A stretch of 64,000 nt of DNA, from the NCBI GenBank assembly GCA_963843575.1, contig CAWJKZ010000019.1, positions 1-64,000 on the forward strand, given 5' to 3'. The stretch is from an uncultured Acidobacteriota bacterium (GTDB taxonomy: Bacteria; Acidobacteriota; UBA6911). Each line of letters begins with the position of its first letter. Position 1 is the stretch's first letter. Made by a program: the position numbers and the translations under genes. Positions 39,983-51,400 of the stretch are shown here, in pieces. The notes beneath the pieces are model-generated. The model was given only the letters and a program-made list of their open reading frames with translations. It searched no databases and was not told the DNA's origin.

Positions 39983-40698
39983 CTACGCCTTCTGCCACAG
40001 GGATGGCTTCAGGGCTTCGGCCGCGCCGTCGCGGACCTGGATCCGGAAATTGCGGTCCAGGGAGCCGGGCGCAAAGGAGCTGACGTCCAGCTCGGCCTGC
40101 AGGGACTCCGGCGGGTCGGCGAGTTCCTTCATCTTGGACAGCAGTTCCCGGGCGCCCACGTTGACGTTGTTGAAACGGACGTACACCGTGTTCTGCTCGC
40201 ACTCCGAGGGCATGTCCCCTTCGGGGTACAGCCCTTCGAACTGGTCCACGAAGGCCTGCAGGCTCTCGGCGCGCTGCGGCGAACCGGCAAACCGGGCCCA
40301 CCCCGAGATGCACGTTTCCCGCGGGTTCGACGTCCTCGATGGCTTCCACGGGATCGCGGGTCGTCCGGGCGTAGTCGGGGTGCGGCCACTGGATGCGCAG
40401 CTCCGCCGCGCTCGACGACGATCCGGAGCAGCTGCCCGCTGCGGTCCTTCACGTAGAGCGCCCCGCCGGGCATGCTCTCCCGGTGCTCCGAGGGAAGCGA
40501 GTCGATCATGGATATGAGTTCGCACGGCACCCCGGACATCGCGGGGCAGCCGACGGGCTGGACGTGGCGGACGATGATGGCGTTCTCCTCCGGCGCATAT
40601 TCGAGCCAGTTGCCGGTGAATTGCGCGAGCCGCTCGCTGATGTCCCAGGGGAGCGCCCCGCACCTGATTTTACCTTCGCACTCCAGTTCGCCCTGCAT
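39983..40698 (-). CDS. hypothetical protein (about 237 aa) broken by two +1 indels
   Basis: Protein-like segments MQGELECEGKI...IVVERG, ELRIQWPHPDY...EDVEP and ETCISGWARFAG...PSLWQKA lie in successive frames. GGAGG RBS; stop 2 nt before the ACAD ATG. Confidence 0.55.
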
Positions 40699-40997
40699 AC
40701 GCACTGCCTCCAGATGGGCGGGCGGGAGTCGCGGGGCCGGACCGGATGCCCGGGCCCGAAACGCCACGCCCGAGTTGCGACCGCTAGAATACTGGAATCC
40801 CGAGCCGGACGGGCACAAAAAACCGGGTGCCCGCGCTCCGAACTCTTCGGGTTCCCGGGGCCAGGAGGTGGGATCCCCTGCCTGGAGTACCGCGCCCCGT
40901 TGCCCGGCGGGCCGCGCCGCGGGCTTGTGAGCCCGCGCGGTTTCGTGTTAGGTTGGCGCCAATCCGAAGACCGTTGAAGGACTCTCCGGGGAGAGCC

Positions 40998-41453
40998 ATG
41001 AACCGGGAGACTGCCGAATACTGGATGCGTGAAGCGATCGCGGAGGCCCGGAAAGCCGAGGCCGAAGGCGAAATCCCCGTCGGTGCCGTGCTGTTGATCA
41101 ACGAAAAGATCGTCAGGCGCGGGCACAACCACTGCATCCGCACCAGCGACCCCACCTCTCACGCCGAAGTCCTGGCGCTGCGCCACGCCGCGCACAGCAT
41201 GCGGAACTACCGCCTGCCGGGCTCGATTCTCGTCGTGACCGTCGAGCCATGCGTCATGTGCACCGGGGCCATGATACAGGCGCGCGTCGACGAGCTGATC
41301 TACGGCGCCGCCGACCCCAAGGCCGGTGCGATCGACTCCCACTTCGGCCTCGCCGACGCCGCGCACCTCAACCACAGGGTCGCGGTGATTTCCGGCATCC
41401 TCGGGGAGGAGTGCGGGGCGCTCCTGCGGGAGTTTTTCGCGTCGCGCAGGTGA
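40998..41453 (+). CDS. tadA: tRNA-specific adenosine deaminase
   Basis: EIPVGAV, SHAEVLAL, TVEPCVMCTGA, GAADPKAGA, FFASRR. Confidence 0.92.
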   Translation: MNRETAEYWMREAIAEARKAEAEGEIPVGAVLLINEKIVRRGHNHCIRTSDPTSHAEVLALRHAAHSMRNYRLPGSILVVTVEPCVMCTGAMIQARVDELIYGAADPKAGAIDSHFGLADAAHLNHRVAVISGILGEECGALLREFFASRR

Positions 41454-41654
41454 GATCCCGGCCGATCCGCGTGAACCGGCAAATCCGCGGACATCCACGT
41501 TCTGCCGTCGTGTGACACACCCGTTATCCCGGGAAGTCGTTGGCGTGTTTAGCCTCCCACCCGGAATCCCCGGAACCACGCACTCTGGCCTCGGCGCGCT
41601 GCCCTGTGGCATACTTCCCTGCCTTGATCCGATGCCCGGGATGGTTGTGAATCG

Positions 41655-44600
41655 ATGACTTTGAAAAGCCCGGAATTTTTCTGCTCTGTGTGGTCCTGCT
41701 CCTGTTGCCGTGCACCGGGTGCGGGCGCAGTCCGTGGGGGCGACGGTGCGCGGGGTTGTCAGGGACCGCTCCGCCTCCGTGTGCGTCGCCGCCGGGTCAG
41801 CATCGTGAATGAGGAGACCAACGACAGCGCGGGAGGTGCTCAGCGGGGCCGACGGGACCTTCGTGGTCAGCGTCCTGCCGCCCGGGCCGTACCGTGTCGA
41901 GGCCGAACTCGCGGGGTTCCGCAAATACGTCAGCCCGGGGTCATGCTGCAGGTGGGCCAGGACGTGCGGCTCGGCATCGTTCTCGAGCCGGGTCCTCGTG
42001 CCGAGGAAGTTGTCGTCAGCGCCACCCCGGCCCTGCTGCGGCACGACACGGCGGCCGCCGGCACCGTCGTCGACACGCGGCAGATCGCTTCGTTCCCGCT
42101 CGACGGGCGGAATTTTCTCCAGCTCAGCCTGCTGGCGACCGGGGCGGCTGCCCGCCGCCCAGGGGTCCCCGGGATCGGTCCGGGGCGACTTCGCCGTAAA
42201 CGTCAACGGCGCCCGCGAGGACTCCAACAACTTCGTTCTGGATGGAGTCTACAACAACGACCCCAAGCTCAATACTTTCGCGATCAACCCGCCCGGCCGA
42301 CGGGATCCGCGAGTTCGAAATCCTCGCCAGCTCGTACGACGCGGGCTCCGGGCGGACCGGCGGGGCGCAGGTCAACGTGGCGCTCCGCTCCGGCGGAAAC
42401 ACCTTGCACGGAACCGTGTACGACATTTCTGCGCAACGGCGTCACCGACGCCCGGAACTACTTCGCCCCACCCGAGGGCGGCTCTGCCCGCTACCAGAGA
42501 AGCCAGTTCGGTTTTTCGCTCGGGGGTCCGGTGCGACGGGACAAGACTTTCTTCTTCGCGGACTACGAAGGGCGAAGGGTGACGGGAGGGGATCACCCGG
42601 GTCACTAACGTCCCCACTCTGCAGGAGCGGTCCGGCGATTTCTCGCACAGCATCTTCGCCGCTCCGATCAATCCGTTTACCGGCACGGCCTTCGAAGGGG
42701 GGCGCCTCCCCGGGGAAGCCATGAGCGCCGTCGGCCGGGCCATCGCGGCGCTGTACCCGCTTCCCAACCGCGACATGCCCGGCGAGAACTTCATCTCCTC
42801 CCCCATCCTGCGCGACCGGGACGACCGCTTCGACCTGAGGCTCGATCACTCGATCTCGCGTTCATCGGCGCTCATCGCACGATACAGCTTCTGGGACCGT
42901 GACTTGTTCGAGCCTTTTTCCGGGCCCGCTTTTGCGAGGGTCCCGGGGTTCGGCGACCGCGTGCCGCGCAGGGCTCAGAACGTGATGGCGGGCGAGAACC
43001 ACATCTTCTCGGCCGACCTCGTCGGCGAACTGCGGGTGGGCTTCACCCGGGTCGCCTCCGGCGTCTATCAGCAGGACCAGGGCGGCAGCCTGAACAGGGA
43101 AGTAGGGTTGCCGGAGTTCTCCGGCAACCCCCGCGACTACGGGCTGAGTTTCATCAGCGTCTCGGGATTTTCACCGCTGGGCGACGAGTACAACAATCCC
43201 CAGCACAGCGTCACTAACACCTTTCAGGCGTTGCAGCACATCAGCTACCGCCGCGGGAAGCACCTGTGGAAGGCCGGCGTCGAGTTCAGGAACCTGCAGC
43301 AGAATGCCTATCGGGACATCCAGGCGCGGGGTTTTCTGACCTTTTCCGACTTCGGCCAGGTGACCGGCAACGGCCTCGCGGACCTGCTGCTCGGTTTTGT
43401 CACCTACTCGGGCGTCGCCCGGCTCGAGAACCCGCAATACCTGCGCAGCCGCAGCTGGGGCGTTTACCTGCAGGACGCCTGGCTTGCCCGGCCCAGCCTT
43501 ACCCTGTTGTTTGGGCTGCGCTACGAATACAACTCGCCCCCCGTGGACCGCTTCGACCGCGCCTCCTTTTTCGACGCCGCGACCGGCAGCCTCGTCCAGG
43601 CGGGCGCCCGCGGGGCGCCGCGCAGCGCCTTCCGGCCCGATCGCAACAACTGGGCGCCGCGCGTCGGGCTGGCCTGGGGACCCTCGCCTTCGACCGTCGT
43701 GCACGCCGGCTACGGAATCTACTACGACCAGTCTTCTCTGGCTCCCGGAGAGGGGCTCTATTTCAACCCGCCCTATTACGATTTCCGCCTGTTCTTCCCG
43801 CTCCCGACCCTGCCCCTGACGCTGCAGAACCCGTTTCCGGCCGACTATCCCTACGCGCTTCCGCCGTCGGCCCTCGGCTTCGCTCCGCAGCTCGGGACGC
43901 CCTACATGCAGCACTGGAATGCCAAGGTGCAACGCCAGCTCGGCCCGCACCGCGTCGTGGAAGTCGCCTACGTCGCATCCAAGGGGACCCGGATCCTCTC
44001 CGCCCGCGATCTTAACCAGCCGCAGGCGCGCCCTGCGACGCCGAACTTGCGCCCGCAGCCGCAGTTTGCCGACGTCATGTTCCTAGAGTCGCGCGGGAAT
44101 TCGTCCTACCACAGCCTCCAGGTTTCCCTGCAGCAGCGCATGAGCGGCGGTTTTGCCGCCCAGGTCTCCTACACGCTCGGCAAGTCCCTGGACGACACGT
44201 CGTCCTTCTTTTCGAGCGCCGGTGACGCCAATTTCCCCCAGGACAGCTGGAACCTGGCGGCCGAGAAGGGGCGCTCGAATTTCGACGTCCGCCACCGCCT
44301 CTCGGCGAGCTATTCCTGCGAGCTCCCTTTCGGCAAGACGCGCCGGTTTGCCCGGCGCGGCCTCCTCGCCGCCCTGTTGGGCGGCTGGACTACGAACGGG
44401 ATCCTCACCCTGCAGTCGGGCCGGCCCTTTACGGTCGCGCTGCTGCCGGAAATCGACAATAGCAATACCGGCCGCGCGAGCCTCGGGTTCGGGGCGAACG
44501 ATCGTCCCGACCGCCTCGCCTCCGGCGCGCTGGCGCACCCGGGACCGCATCAGTGGTTCAATACCAAGGCGTTCGCGTTCCCCGCCTACGGCAGCTTCGG

Positions 44601-44838
44601 CAACTCGGGCCGCAACATCCTGGAAGGACCGGCGTTCGCGGATTACAGCATGAACCTGCTGCGGGAGGCGTGGCTGAAGGAAGGGGTACGACTGCAGTTC
44701 CGCGCGGAGGCGTTCAATGTGCTCAACAGGGCGAATTTCGACCTCCCGGACATATACCTGGCGTCGTCTACGTTCGGCCGAATCCTGTCGGCCGCCAGCC
44801 CGCGCCGCCTGCAGTTTGGCCTCAAGCTGCTGTTTTGA
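41655..44838 (+). CDS. Oar-like TonB-dependent receptor with carboxypeptidase-regulatory-like N-domain; multiple frameshifts in 41655-42600
   Basis: [66 protein letters not shown]-terminal [12 protein letters not shown]. Start position uncertain. Confidence 0.8.
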
Positions 44839-44843
44839 AACTT

Positions 44844-44912
44844 TGGAGTGCGGCGCCTCGGCGCCGCTTTTACGTACGTCACGCCTCCGGAATGCCCGGC
44901 GCCTCGGCGCCG
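44844..44912 (+). repeat. REP-like palindromic repeat, copy C
   Basis: TGGAGTGCGGCGCCTCGGCGCCGCTTT (44844-44870) and a second CGGCGCCTCGGCGCCG (44897-44912), just after the receptor stop. Confidence 0.65.
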
Positions 44913-45075
44913 CCGAAAAGCGGCCCGTTTTTGCTGAGACCGAGAGCCCGCTTCGAGTTAGTCTCTAGGGTAAGAACTCGACGAATTTCCAAGCCTATCA
45001 AGCAAGAAGCAAGCCAGACAACTGTGAGGGTCACCTCGGCTTCCGGCTTCCCGCTTCCTGCTTCCGTGGGTTAGT

Positions 45076-46488
45076 ATGGCCGTCATGATCGGGCGAACAC
45101 TCAAGCATTACGCCGTCGAGGAGTTGCTCGGGAAGGGGGGGATGGGAACCGTTTATCGGGCGCGCGACACGCGTCTCCAGCGCTCCGTAGCGCTCAAGGT
45201 GCTGTCGACGGAACTGACCTCCGACCCCGAGCGCCGCCGCCGGTTTCTGCAGGAAGCGCGGGCTGCCGCCGCGATCAACCATCCGGCCGTCGCCCAAGTC
45301 TACGACGTCGACGACGTCGACGGGGTCACGTTTATCGCTATGGAGTTGGTCGAAGGGGAGACGGTGCGCCAACTTGTCAACCAGCGTGATCTCGACGTGA
45401 TGGCCGCCCTCGAGATTGCGGTGCAGGTGGGCGAGGGGCTAGCCCGGGCCCACGAACTCGGGATCGTGCACCGCGACATCAAGTCCGAGAACATCATGGT
45501 GACCCGCGACGGGCACGCCAAGATACTCGACTTTGGCCTGGCCAAGCTCGACCCCCTCCGCAGCCACGAGGCCGCCGCCACCGGGACCGGCGAGGAGCAC
45601 ATCTCCCAGATCGCCACCATGGCGGAGACCAAACCGGGCATGGTCGTGGGCACCGTTGCCTACATGAGCCCGGAGCAGGCCCGCGGCCGGCAGGTGGACT
45701 ATCGCAGCGACATCTTTTCTCTCGGGGTGACGCTCTACGAGATGGCGACGGGCAAGCTGCCGTTCCGCGGCGACAGCCCGCTGGACACCATGCACGCGAT
45801 CGCGTTCGAGGAGACACGACCAGTCACGGTGCTGCGCCAGGACCTCCCCGGGGGCCTGCAGCGCATCATTTCGCGCTGTCTGCGCAAGCGCCCCGAGGAT
45901 CGCTACCCCGACACACACAGCCTGGTTTCGGACCTGCGGAACCTGCGCAAAGACATGGATTCCGGCGTGAGCCGCGCCGTGCCCTGGGGCGAGCGCCTGC
46001 GGCAGGGCGTGGACTCCATGCGAGGCGCCCGCTGGTGGAAGAGCGGCCGGGTCCTCGCGGCGACGGCCGGCACGGCCCTCCTTGTTGTGCTCCTGGTGGT
46101 GAGCCGCTATTTCAACCTCACCCCGGTCGTCGTGTTGATCGTCTTGGGATTGTGGTTCTTCCAGCGCTATCGGGTGCGTGGGCCGAAGCTGATGAGAAAG
46201 TTCGCCGCGAAGCTGGCGCGCTTGCCCGAGGTGCGGGTGGTCGCGTTCCGGCAGGACCTGGCCACGGTCGTCGTGGACCGCATGCAGGCGAAGGTGTACC
46301 TGCGGGCAGCCTCCCTGATGGAGGCGGTGAACGGGAAATACTTCCACGGCCGCCCGATCCGGTTGTCGGTGCGCGACGACCTCACCCCGGAAGAGTTCCG
46401 GCGCATGCTTCAGGAGGGCGGCATCCTTTATCTGCGCGACGACGTTTTCGAACCCGCGCCCACAAGCCACGACACCGGCCCGCGCTGA
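45076..46488 (+). CDS. Hanks-type Ser/Thr protein kinase with two TM helices and a small C-terminal domain
   Basis: LGKGGMGTVY, VALKVL, HRDIKSEN, DFGLAK, GTVAYMSPEQ, SDIFSLG; a pair of hydrophobic segments after the kinase domain. Confidence 0.92.
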   Translation: MAVMIGRTLKHYAVEELLGKGGMGTVYRARDTRLQRSVALKVLSTELTSDPERRRRFLQEARAAAAINHPAVAQVYDVDDVDGVTFIAMELVEGETVRQLVNQRDLDVMAALEIAVQVGEGLARAHELGIVHRDIKSENIMVTRDGHAKILDFGLAKLDPLRSHEAAATGTGEEHISQIATMAETKPGMVVGTVAYMSPEQARGRQVDYRSDIFSLGVTLYEMATGKLPFRGDSPLDTMHAIAFEETRPVTVLRQDLPGGLQRIISRCLRKRPEDRYPDTHSLVSDLRNLRKDMDSGVSRAVPWGERLRQGVDSMRGARWWKSGRVLAATAGTALLVVLLVVSRYFNLTPVVVLIVLGLWFFQRYRVRGPKLMRKFAAKLARLPEVRVVAFRQDLATVVVDRMQAKVYLRAASLMEAVNGKYFHGRPIRLSVRDDLTPEEFRRMLQEGGILYLRDDVFEPAPTSHDTGPR

Positions 46489-46538
46489 ACCGGGCCGGGA
46501 GCCGTCAGCAAAATGTGAAATTATTCTTGCGCGAGCCC

Positions 46539-47675
46539 TTAGGGTGCGGACGCGGCGACCAGAGCCTCTTCGGCGAGCCTGGCGATGTGACGGTGCGCCC
46601 GGTTGCCGTTGGTGAGGATGGCGCACCCCAGTCTACGGTCCAGGTTGCCCAGCAGGAAGGCCGTGTACCCCGCGACGCTGCCGCTGTGGGCGATGTACCT
46701 TTCTCCCCCCTTGCGGGAGGTGATCCAAGCGAGTCCGTAGCCGGTGGTCGCGTTGCCGAAGCCGTATTCCGTCGGCCCGGCGAACTTGTCGTACTGGCGT
46801 CTGTGCATCTCCTCCAGCGTCTCCGGGCGCAGCAGCCGTTTTCCACGGAATTCCCCGCCGTTGAGGTTTACGATCAGCCAGTGAGCCATGTCCTGGACCG
46901 TGCCGTAGACGATGCCCGCGGGCCATACGTCTGCCTTGGTGCGGGCCACGGGCTCCTGGCGCCCCGCTTCGACCACGTACGGGATCGCGAGGCGTTCCTC
47001 CATGTCCGGGCGTGGCGCGAATTCGGTGCTGGTCATTTCGAGCGGCGTGAAGAGGCGCTGCCGGATGAGCCGCCGGAACTCCGTCCCCGTCAGCCGCTCG
47101 ACCAGGTATGCCACCAGCGTGAACGCAAGGTTCGAGTATTCCAGCCGCTCCAGCGGCGGGCGCGTCGCCCTCAAGGCGTCCCTCAGGTATTCGGCGAGGG
47201 GCCGCGGCACCGTATCACCCCACACGGGATGCGCGCCGAACGCCGTGGGCAATCCCGACGTGTGGGTTAGCAGGTGCCGGAAAGTCACCGGCCGCCCCGC
47301 GACCTCCCCGCGGATCGCGAGGCCGCCGAGATAGGGGCCGACCGGGTTGTCCAGCCTGAACTTCCCCCGTTCCATCTGTTGCAGCAGCAAAAAAGCCGAC
47401 ATTGTCTTGAAGGTCGAGCCGATCAGGTAGACCGTCTCCGGCGTCGCGGCCGTTTTCGCCCGGAGGTTGGCCAGGCCGAAGCCCTGCGCCCAGATCACCC
47501 TCTCGCCGGCGACCAGCGCGATGGTCAACGAAGGGATTCTACCGGCCCGCATCGCGTCCTCGACCATCGGCTGAACCGCCGCGGCGATGCGCTGCTCGTC
47601 GGCCGGCCGGGGCACCGCCGGCCGGCAGCAGAAGCACAACAGCACGAAAAAGACGATGCGGCGCCCGCGTCTCAT
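46539..47675 (-). CDS. serine hydrolase (beta-lactamase-related family)
   Basis: SxxK (STFK), LLTHTSGL, YSN, HSG. Confidence 0.88.
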   Translation of the reverse strand: MRRGRRIVFFVLLCFCCRPAVPRPADEQRIAAAVQPMVEDAMRAGRIPSLTIALVAGERVIWAQGFGLANLRAKTAATPETVYLIGSTFKTMSAFLLLQQMERGKFRLDNPVGPYLGGLAIRGEVAGRPVTFRHLLTHTSGLPTAFGAHPVWGDTVPRPLAEYLRDALRATRPPLERLEYSNLAFTLVAYLVERLTGTEFRRLIRQRLFTPLEMTSTEFAPRPDMEERLAIPYVVEAGRQEPVARTKADVWPAGIVYGTVQDMAHWLIVNLNGGEFRGKRLLRPETLEEMHRRQYDKFAGPTEYGFGNATTGYGLAWITSRKGGERYIAHSGSVAGYTAFLLGNLDRRLGCAILTNGNRAHRHIARLAEEALVAASAP

Positions 47676-47891
47676 CCCAACCCCCGGAACGCTCATTATA
47701 GACGCGCCCGCTGCCGGCACCAGCGTCTCCAGGATGCCCAGCTGAACATTTTGACGGGCGCCTGTATCTGTTGGTGTTAGGACGGCACAAAAGGAGCCGC
47801 TCCTGCGGCTGGTTGAAGGATGGGCGGGTTGCCCGGTGAGGAGAGCCGCGACAGTACTCATACGGACTACGGTCCGGGAAGGAATCCGGTT

Positions 47892-48440
47892 ATGAAGCGC
47901 CTAATGCTGTTTGTCTTGCCGTTGCTGTTCTGGCTGCCCCGGCCAGGATATGGCCAGGAGGAGACTCGCGCTGAAGTCTTCGGCGGCTACTCGTTCTTCC
48001 GAGCCGACACGTTTGACTATGTGAAAACCAACCTCAACGGCTGGAACGCCTCGGTCGCGGGCAACGTCAACAACTGGCTTGGTATCGAGGGCGATTTTGC
48101 CGGTCACTACGGTTCCCCGGGAGTCGGCCCGTTTCAGATCCCCTTTGTCGACGTGAACCTTTACACGATCATGGGCGGCCCCAAGATCGCGTACCGGAGC
48201 AGCAGCGCGGTCACGCCGTTTGGCCACTTCCTCATCGGGACGTCGCACGCCAGTGCCGGGATGTTCGGCCTGTCGTATGGTAAGAACGCGCTGGCCGCGG
48301 CCGTGGGCGGCGGGATCGACTTCCGGGTCAGCGAGCATGTGGCGGTGCGCGCGATCCAGGCGGACTATCTCATGACGCGTTTCTTCGACGAGCGGCAGAA
48401 CAACATCAGGCTCTCGGCCGGTGTCGTGTTCCGGTTCTGA
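47892..48440 (+). CDS. outer membrane beta-barrel protein
   Basis: Signal peptide, EVFGGYS, GGGIDF, alternating beta-strand pattern, C-terminal Phe (GVVFRF). Confidence 0.8.
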   Translation: MKRLMLFVLPLLFWLPRPGYGQEETRAEVFGGYSFFRADTFDYVKTNLNGWNASVAGNVNNWLGIEGDFAGHYGSPGVGPFQIPFVDVNLYTIMGGPKIAYRSSSAVTPFGHFLIGTSHASAGMFGLSYGKNALAAAVGGGIDFRVSEHVAVRAIQADYLMTRFFDERQNNIRLSAGVVFRF

Positions 48441-48445
48441 GGGGA

Positions 48446-51400
48446 TCATTCCGAGCGCAGCGCCGCGAGCAGGGGTGCGCGGAAGGCCGCCACGGCGGCC
48501 AGCAGCGAGGCCGCAAGCCCCACGGCAAAAACGGAGCAGACCAGCGTCAGAACCGAGGCAATCGGGAAGGGGTGGGCACGGGCGACCAGGGCCGGACCGA
48601 CGGCAAACAGGGCGGCGACGGTTCCGGACAGGAGCCCCAGCCCCACCAGGACGGCGTTCTCGGAGAGTACGGTCGCGACGAGAGCGCCCCTCGAAAACCC
48701 GACGGCGCGCAGGAGCGCCAGTTCCTTGCGGCGCTCGAGCACGTTGCGAAGCAGGACCGCGGCCATTCCCACGCTGCCCAGCAGCAGCCCGAAGCCCCCG
48801 AGCGACTGGAATGTGGAGAGGTAGGTGTCCTCCACCTGGTGGTAGGACGCAAGCCGCTCGGGGGCCGATTGGGCGTCGAAACCCCAGTCCGCCAGGCGGT
48901 CCTCCAGCCGTCGGGCCACCTCGGAAGCCTGCGACGGATCCACGTCGACCAGGAAAAAGCGAAACCCCTCCTGGTCGGGGAAATATTTCAGGAAATTTGA
49001 TTCCGAAATCAGCAGTTCGCTCTGAAAAATGCTGTCGCGCAACGCCGCCACTAGCCGCAACCGGACCGGGCCCCCGTCGCCGGCGCGCACCGTGACCAGG
49101 TCGCCCGGGGCCCGGTGCAGCGTGTACCGGATGGTGTTTGCGTCCGCAATGGCCGGTACGGCGCCGTCTGGCGGCTCGGCTTCCAGCAACAGCCACGGGT
49201 TGGCTCGCGCCGCCGCCGTCGTGGCGGAGGGCGTGGCGCCGAAGCGAAAGCGGCCGCCCTGGATGAAATCGCGCGGGACCCCGAGCAGCCGGGGTTCCTG
49301 CGGGGCATAGAGGTTGAGGCAGCTCGTGTCGTCCCCCGGCCTGACCCGGAACTGCGTGAACCCCAGTGCTCGAAACCCGGCCAGGTCGTCCTGCAACCCG
49401 ACCGCTGTGCGGCCGTCGGCCCCGTTGAGATCGTAGGCGAGCGGCAGGGTGGACTCGGCGGCCAGGGCGAATCCTCCCGTCCCGGAACGACGGTCCGCTG
49501 CCGCGGTCGCAGGGCTCTGCCGGAAGGCTTCCAGCGAGACGATCACAAACGTAGCCCCTGCGATAAGTGCGACGCACGAGAGGGACCTGCCCGCGCGATA
49601 CCCTGCATTGAGGGCGCCGAGCCGAAACACGGCGCGCCAACCCCCGGCCCCGAGCGGCTCCGGGATCCTGCGGAAGAAAAGGGAACAGGCCGAGAGCGCG
49701 CAGACGAGCAGGAGCGATCCCGCGGTGAAGAAGCCTGCGGTTTCCGGCAGTGCCCCGGCCCTCGCCGCCGCGAGCACGGCGGCGGCGAGGGCGAGCGAGG
49801 CCGCCGCGGCGGCCCGGTCGATCCGGGCGCGCGTCCGGCTGCGCCCGCGGTCTTCGAACACCCCGGCCAGCAGCGCCCGGGCGGAGCTGCGGCCGAGGCC
49901 ACGCAGCGTCAGGGCGGTCGACAGCAAGGCGGCCGCTATCCCCATCGCGGCTCCAACCGCAAACGAAACCCACGACACGTGAAGGCTGAGCCGCGTCGCA
50001 CCGGTCGCGCCGGTCCACCACGTTCCGAGCCCGTGGAGCAACAGCGCAGCATAGGCGGCGGCGGCCGGCAGCCCCACGACCGTCCCCGCGCCCGCGATGG
50101 CGGCGGCCTCGACCAGAAACATGGATCGCAAACGGGAGGGGGCGAAGCCGGCGGCCGTAAGGGCGCCGACTTCGTGGACGCGCTGTTCTATCCCCAACCG
50201 GAAGAAGAGTCCCGAGAGCAGGAGGGAGGCCGCGATCAGGAAGAAGCTGAAGTACAGGAAGTACTGGCCGAAATCTGTCGAGCCGAGCGCCGCCTTCAGA
50301 CTGAGCGCGCGCACGTCGGTCACGTCGAATCCCGCGTGCTCGACGTCGAGACCGTTCCGTAGGACGGCGGCATAGGCCAGACTCGCGGCCTGCAGGTCCA
50401 CCGCGCCCGAGGGGCACAGGCGCACCGAGGTGGCGCCGCCGAACCGCGTGCCCCAGAGCGAGCGGCCACGATCGAGGGCGATGAAGGCCTTGGGCGTCGT
50501 GCGGTACTCGTCCCAGTAACGCTCGTCCTCGGGCCGGATACGCCGCAGGTCGAAGGGGAAAGGAGGGTCCCACTCCGTCAGGGTCGTCGCCTCGGTGATC
50601 CCCGGGAAATCCGGGGCCATGGACGGACCCGCAGCCGCGCCCGTCTGCACGGTCCCGGCGAAGCGAAACTGCACGGTTTCGGCGTCCAGGCGGCCGCCGC
50701 TACACCAGACGAAATAGGAAATTTCAACGGGTTCACCCGGGCCGGGCCTCAGTTCGCGCACGGCCCAGTCGTTGAGCCACACGGCCTGACCTTCGGCGGG
50801 CGGCGGACCGGTTGCCGCGGTCCGCGGCAACCGCGCGAGCGCGCCGCTGCCCAGATCGGCCGCCGTGATCACCGCATACGGAATCTCACGCGTGCCGCAA
50901 CGGATCGTTGTGGCGAGATAGGTGTAGAGGGGAGACGCCGGAATGCCGGAACGTTGGGCTGCGTCGGTCGCGGCACGGGCCAGGGCGTCGCTGAGCAGGA
51001 CCCCGGGGCTCTCGACCGACAGCGCGCCTTCGGCGGAGACCGTGCGCAACACTACCCCCGCATCGGCCAACGTCCACCCCGCGCGCAATACCCTCCGGAT
51101 TTCCTGAGGTCCATGGCCCCCGGACACGAGCAGTGTGTTGGCCCCACCGGGAGTGCCCAGATCGCGCTGGAGCCGGCCGAGAGGCACGAAAACCGTGAGT
51201 CCCTCGGAACCCCCCGGCCTGACCGAGAACTCGCCGAGCTGCCGGCGCGCGAGCACACCGGCGCACCTCAGCCGGAGAGTTCGGCCGGGGTCGTCGCGGT
51301 GCCCGAACAGCGATTCCTGCGGCGCTTCCTGCCCTTTTTCCACCCGGAGCAGAACCGTGTCGCCGACCTCCAGCTGCAGCTCGCGCGAGAGGCTTTCGCC

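Noticed and set aside
38793-40349. 518-aa acyl-CoA dehydrogenase with a novel N-terminal extension (ORF track)
   Set aside because: The extension is an out-of-frame read of the upstream frameshifted gene; the ACAD starts at MDYFLS (39980).
40700-40997. Possible tRNA or SRP RNA beside tadA
   Set aside because: No cloverleaf, T-loop or SRP loop motif was found; only a short GC hairpin near 40918-40937.
46539-47675. Beta-lactamase resistance gene
   Set aside because: SxxK/YxN/HxG marks the broad serine hydrolase family; nothing specific indicates beta-lactam hydrolysis.
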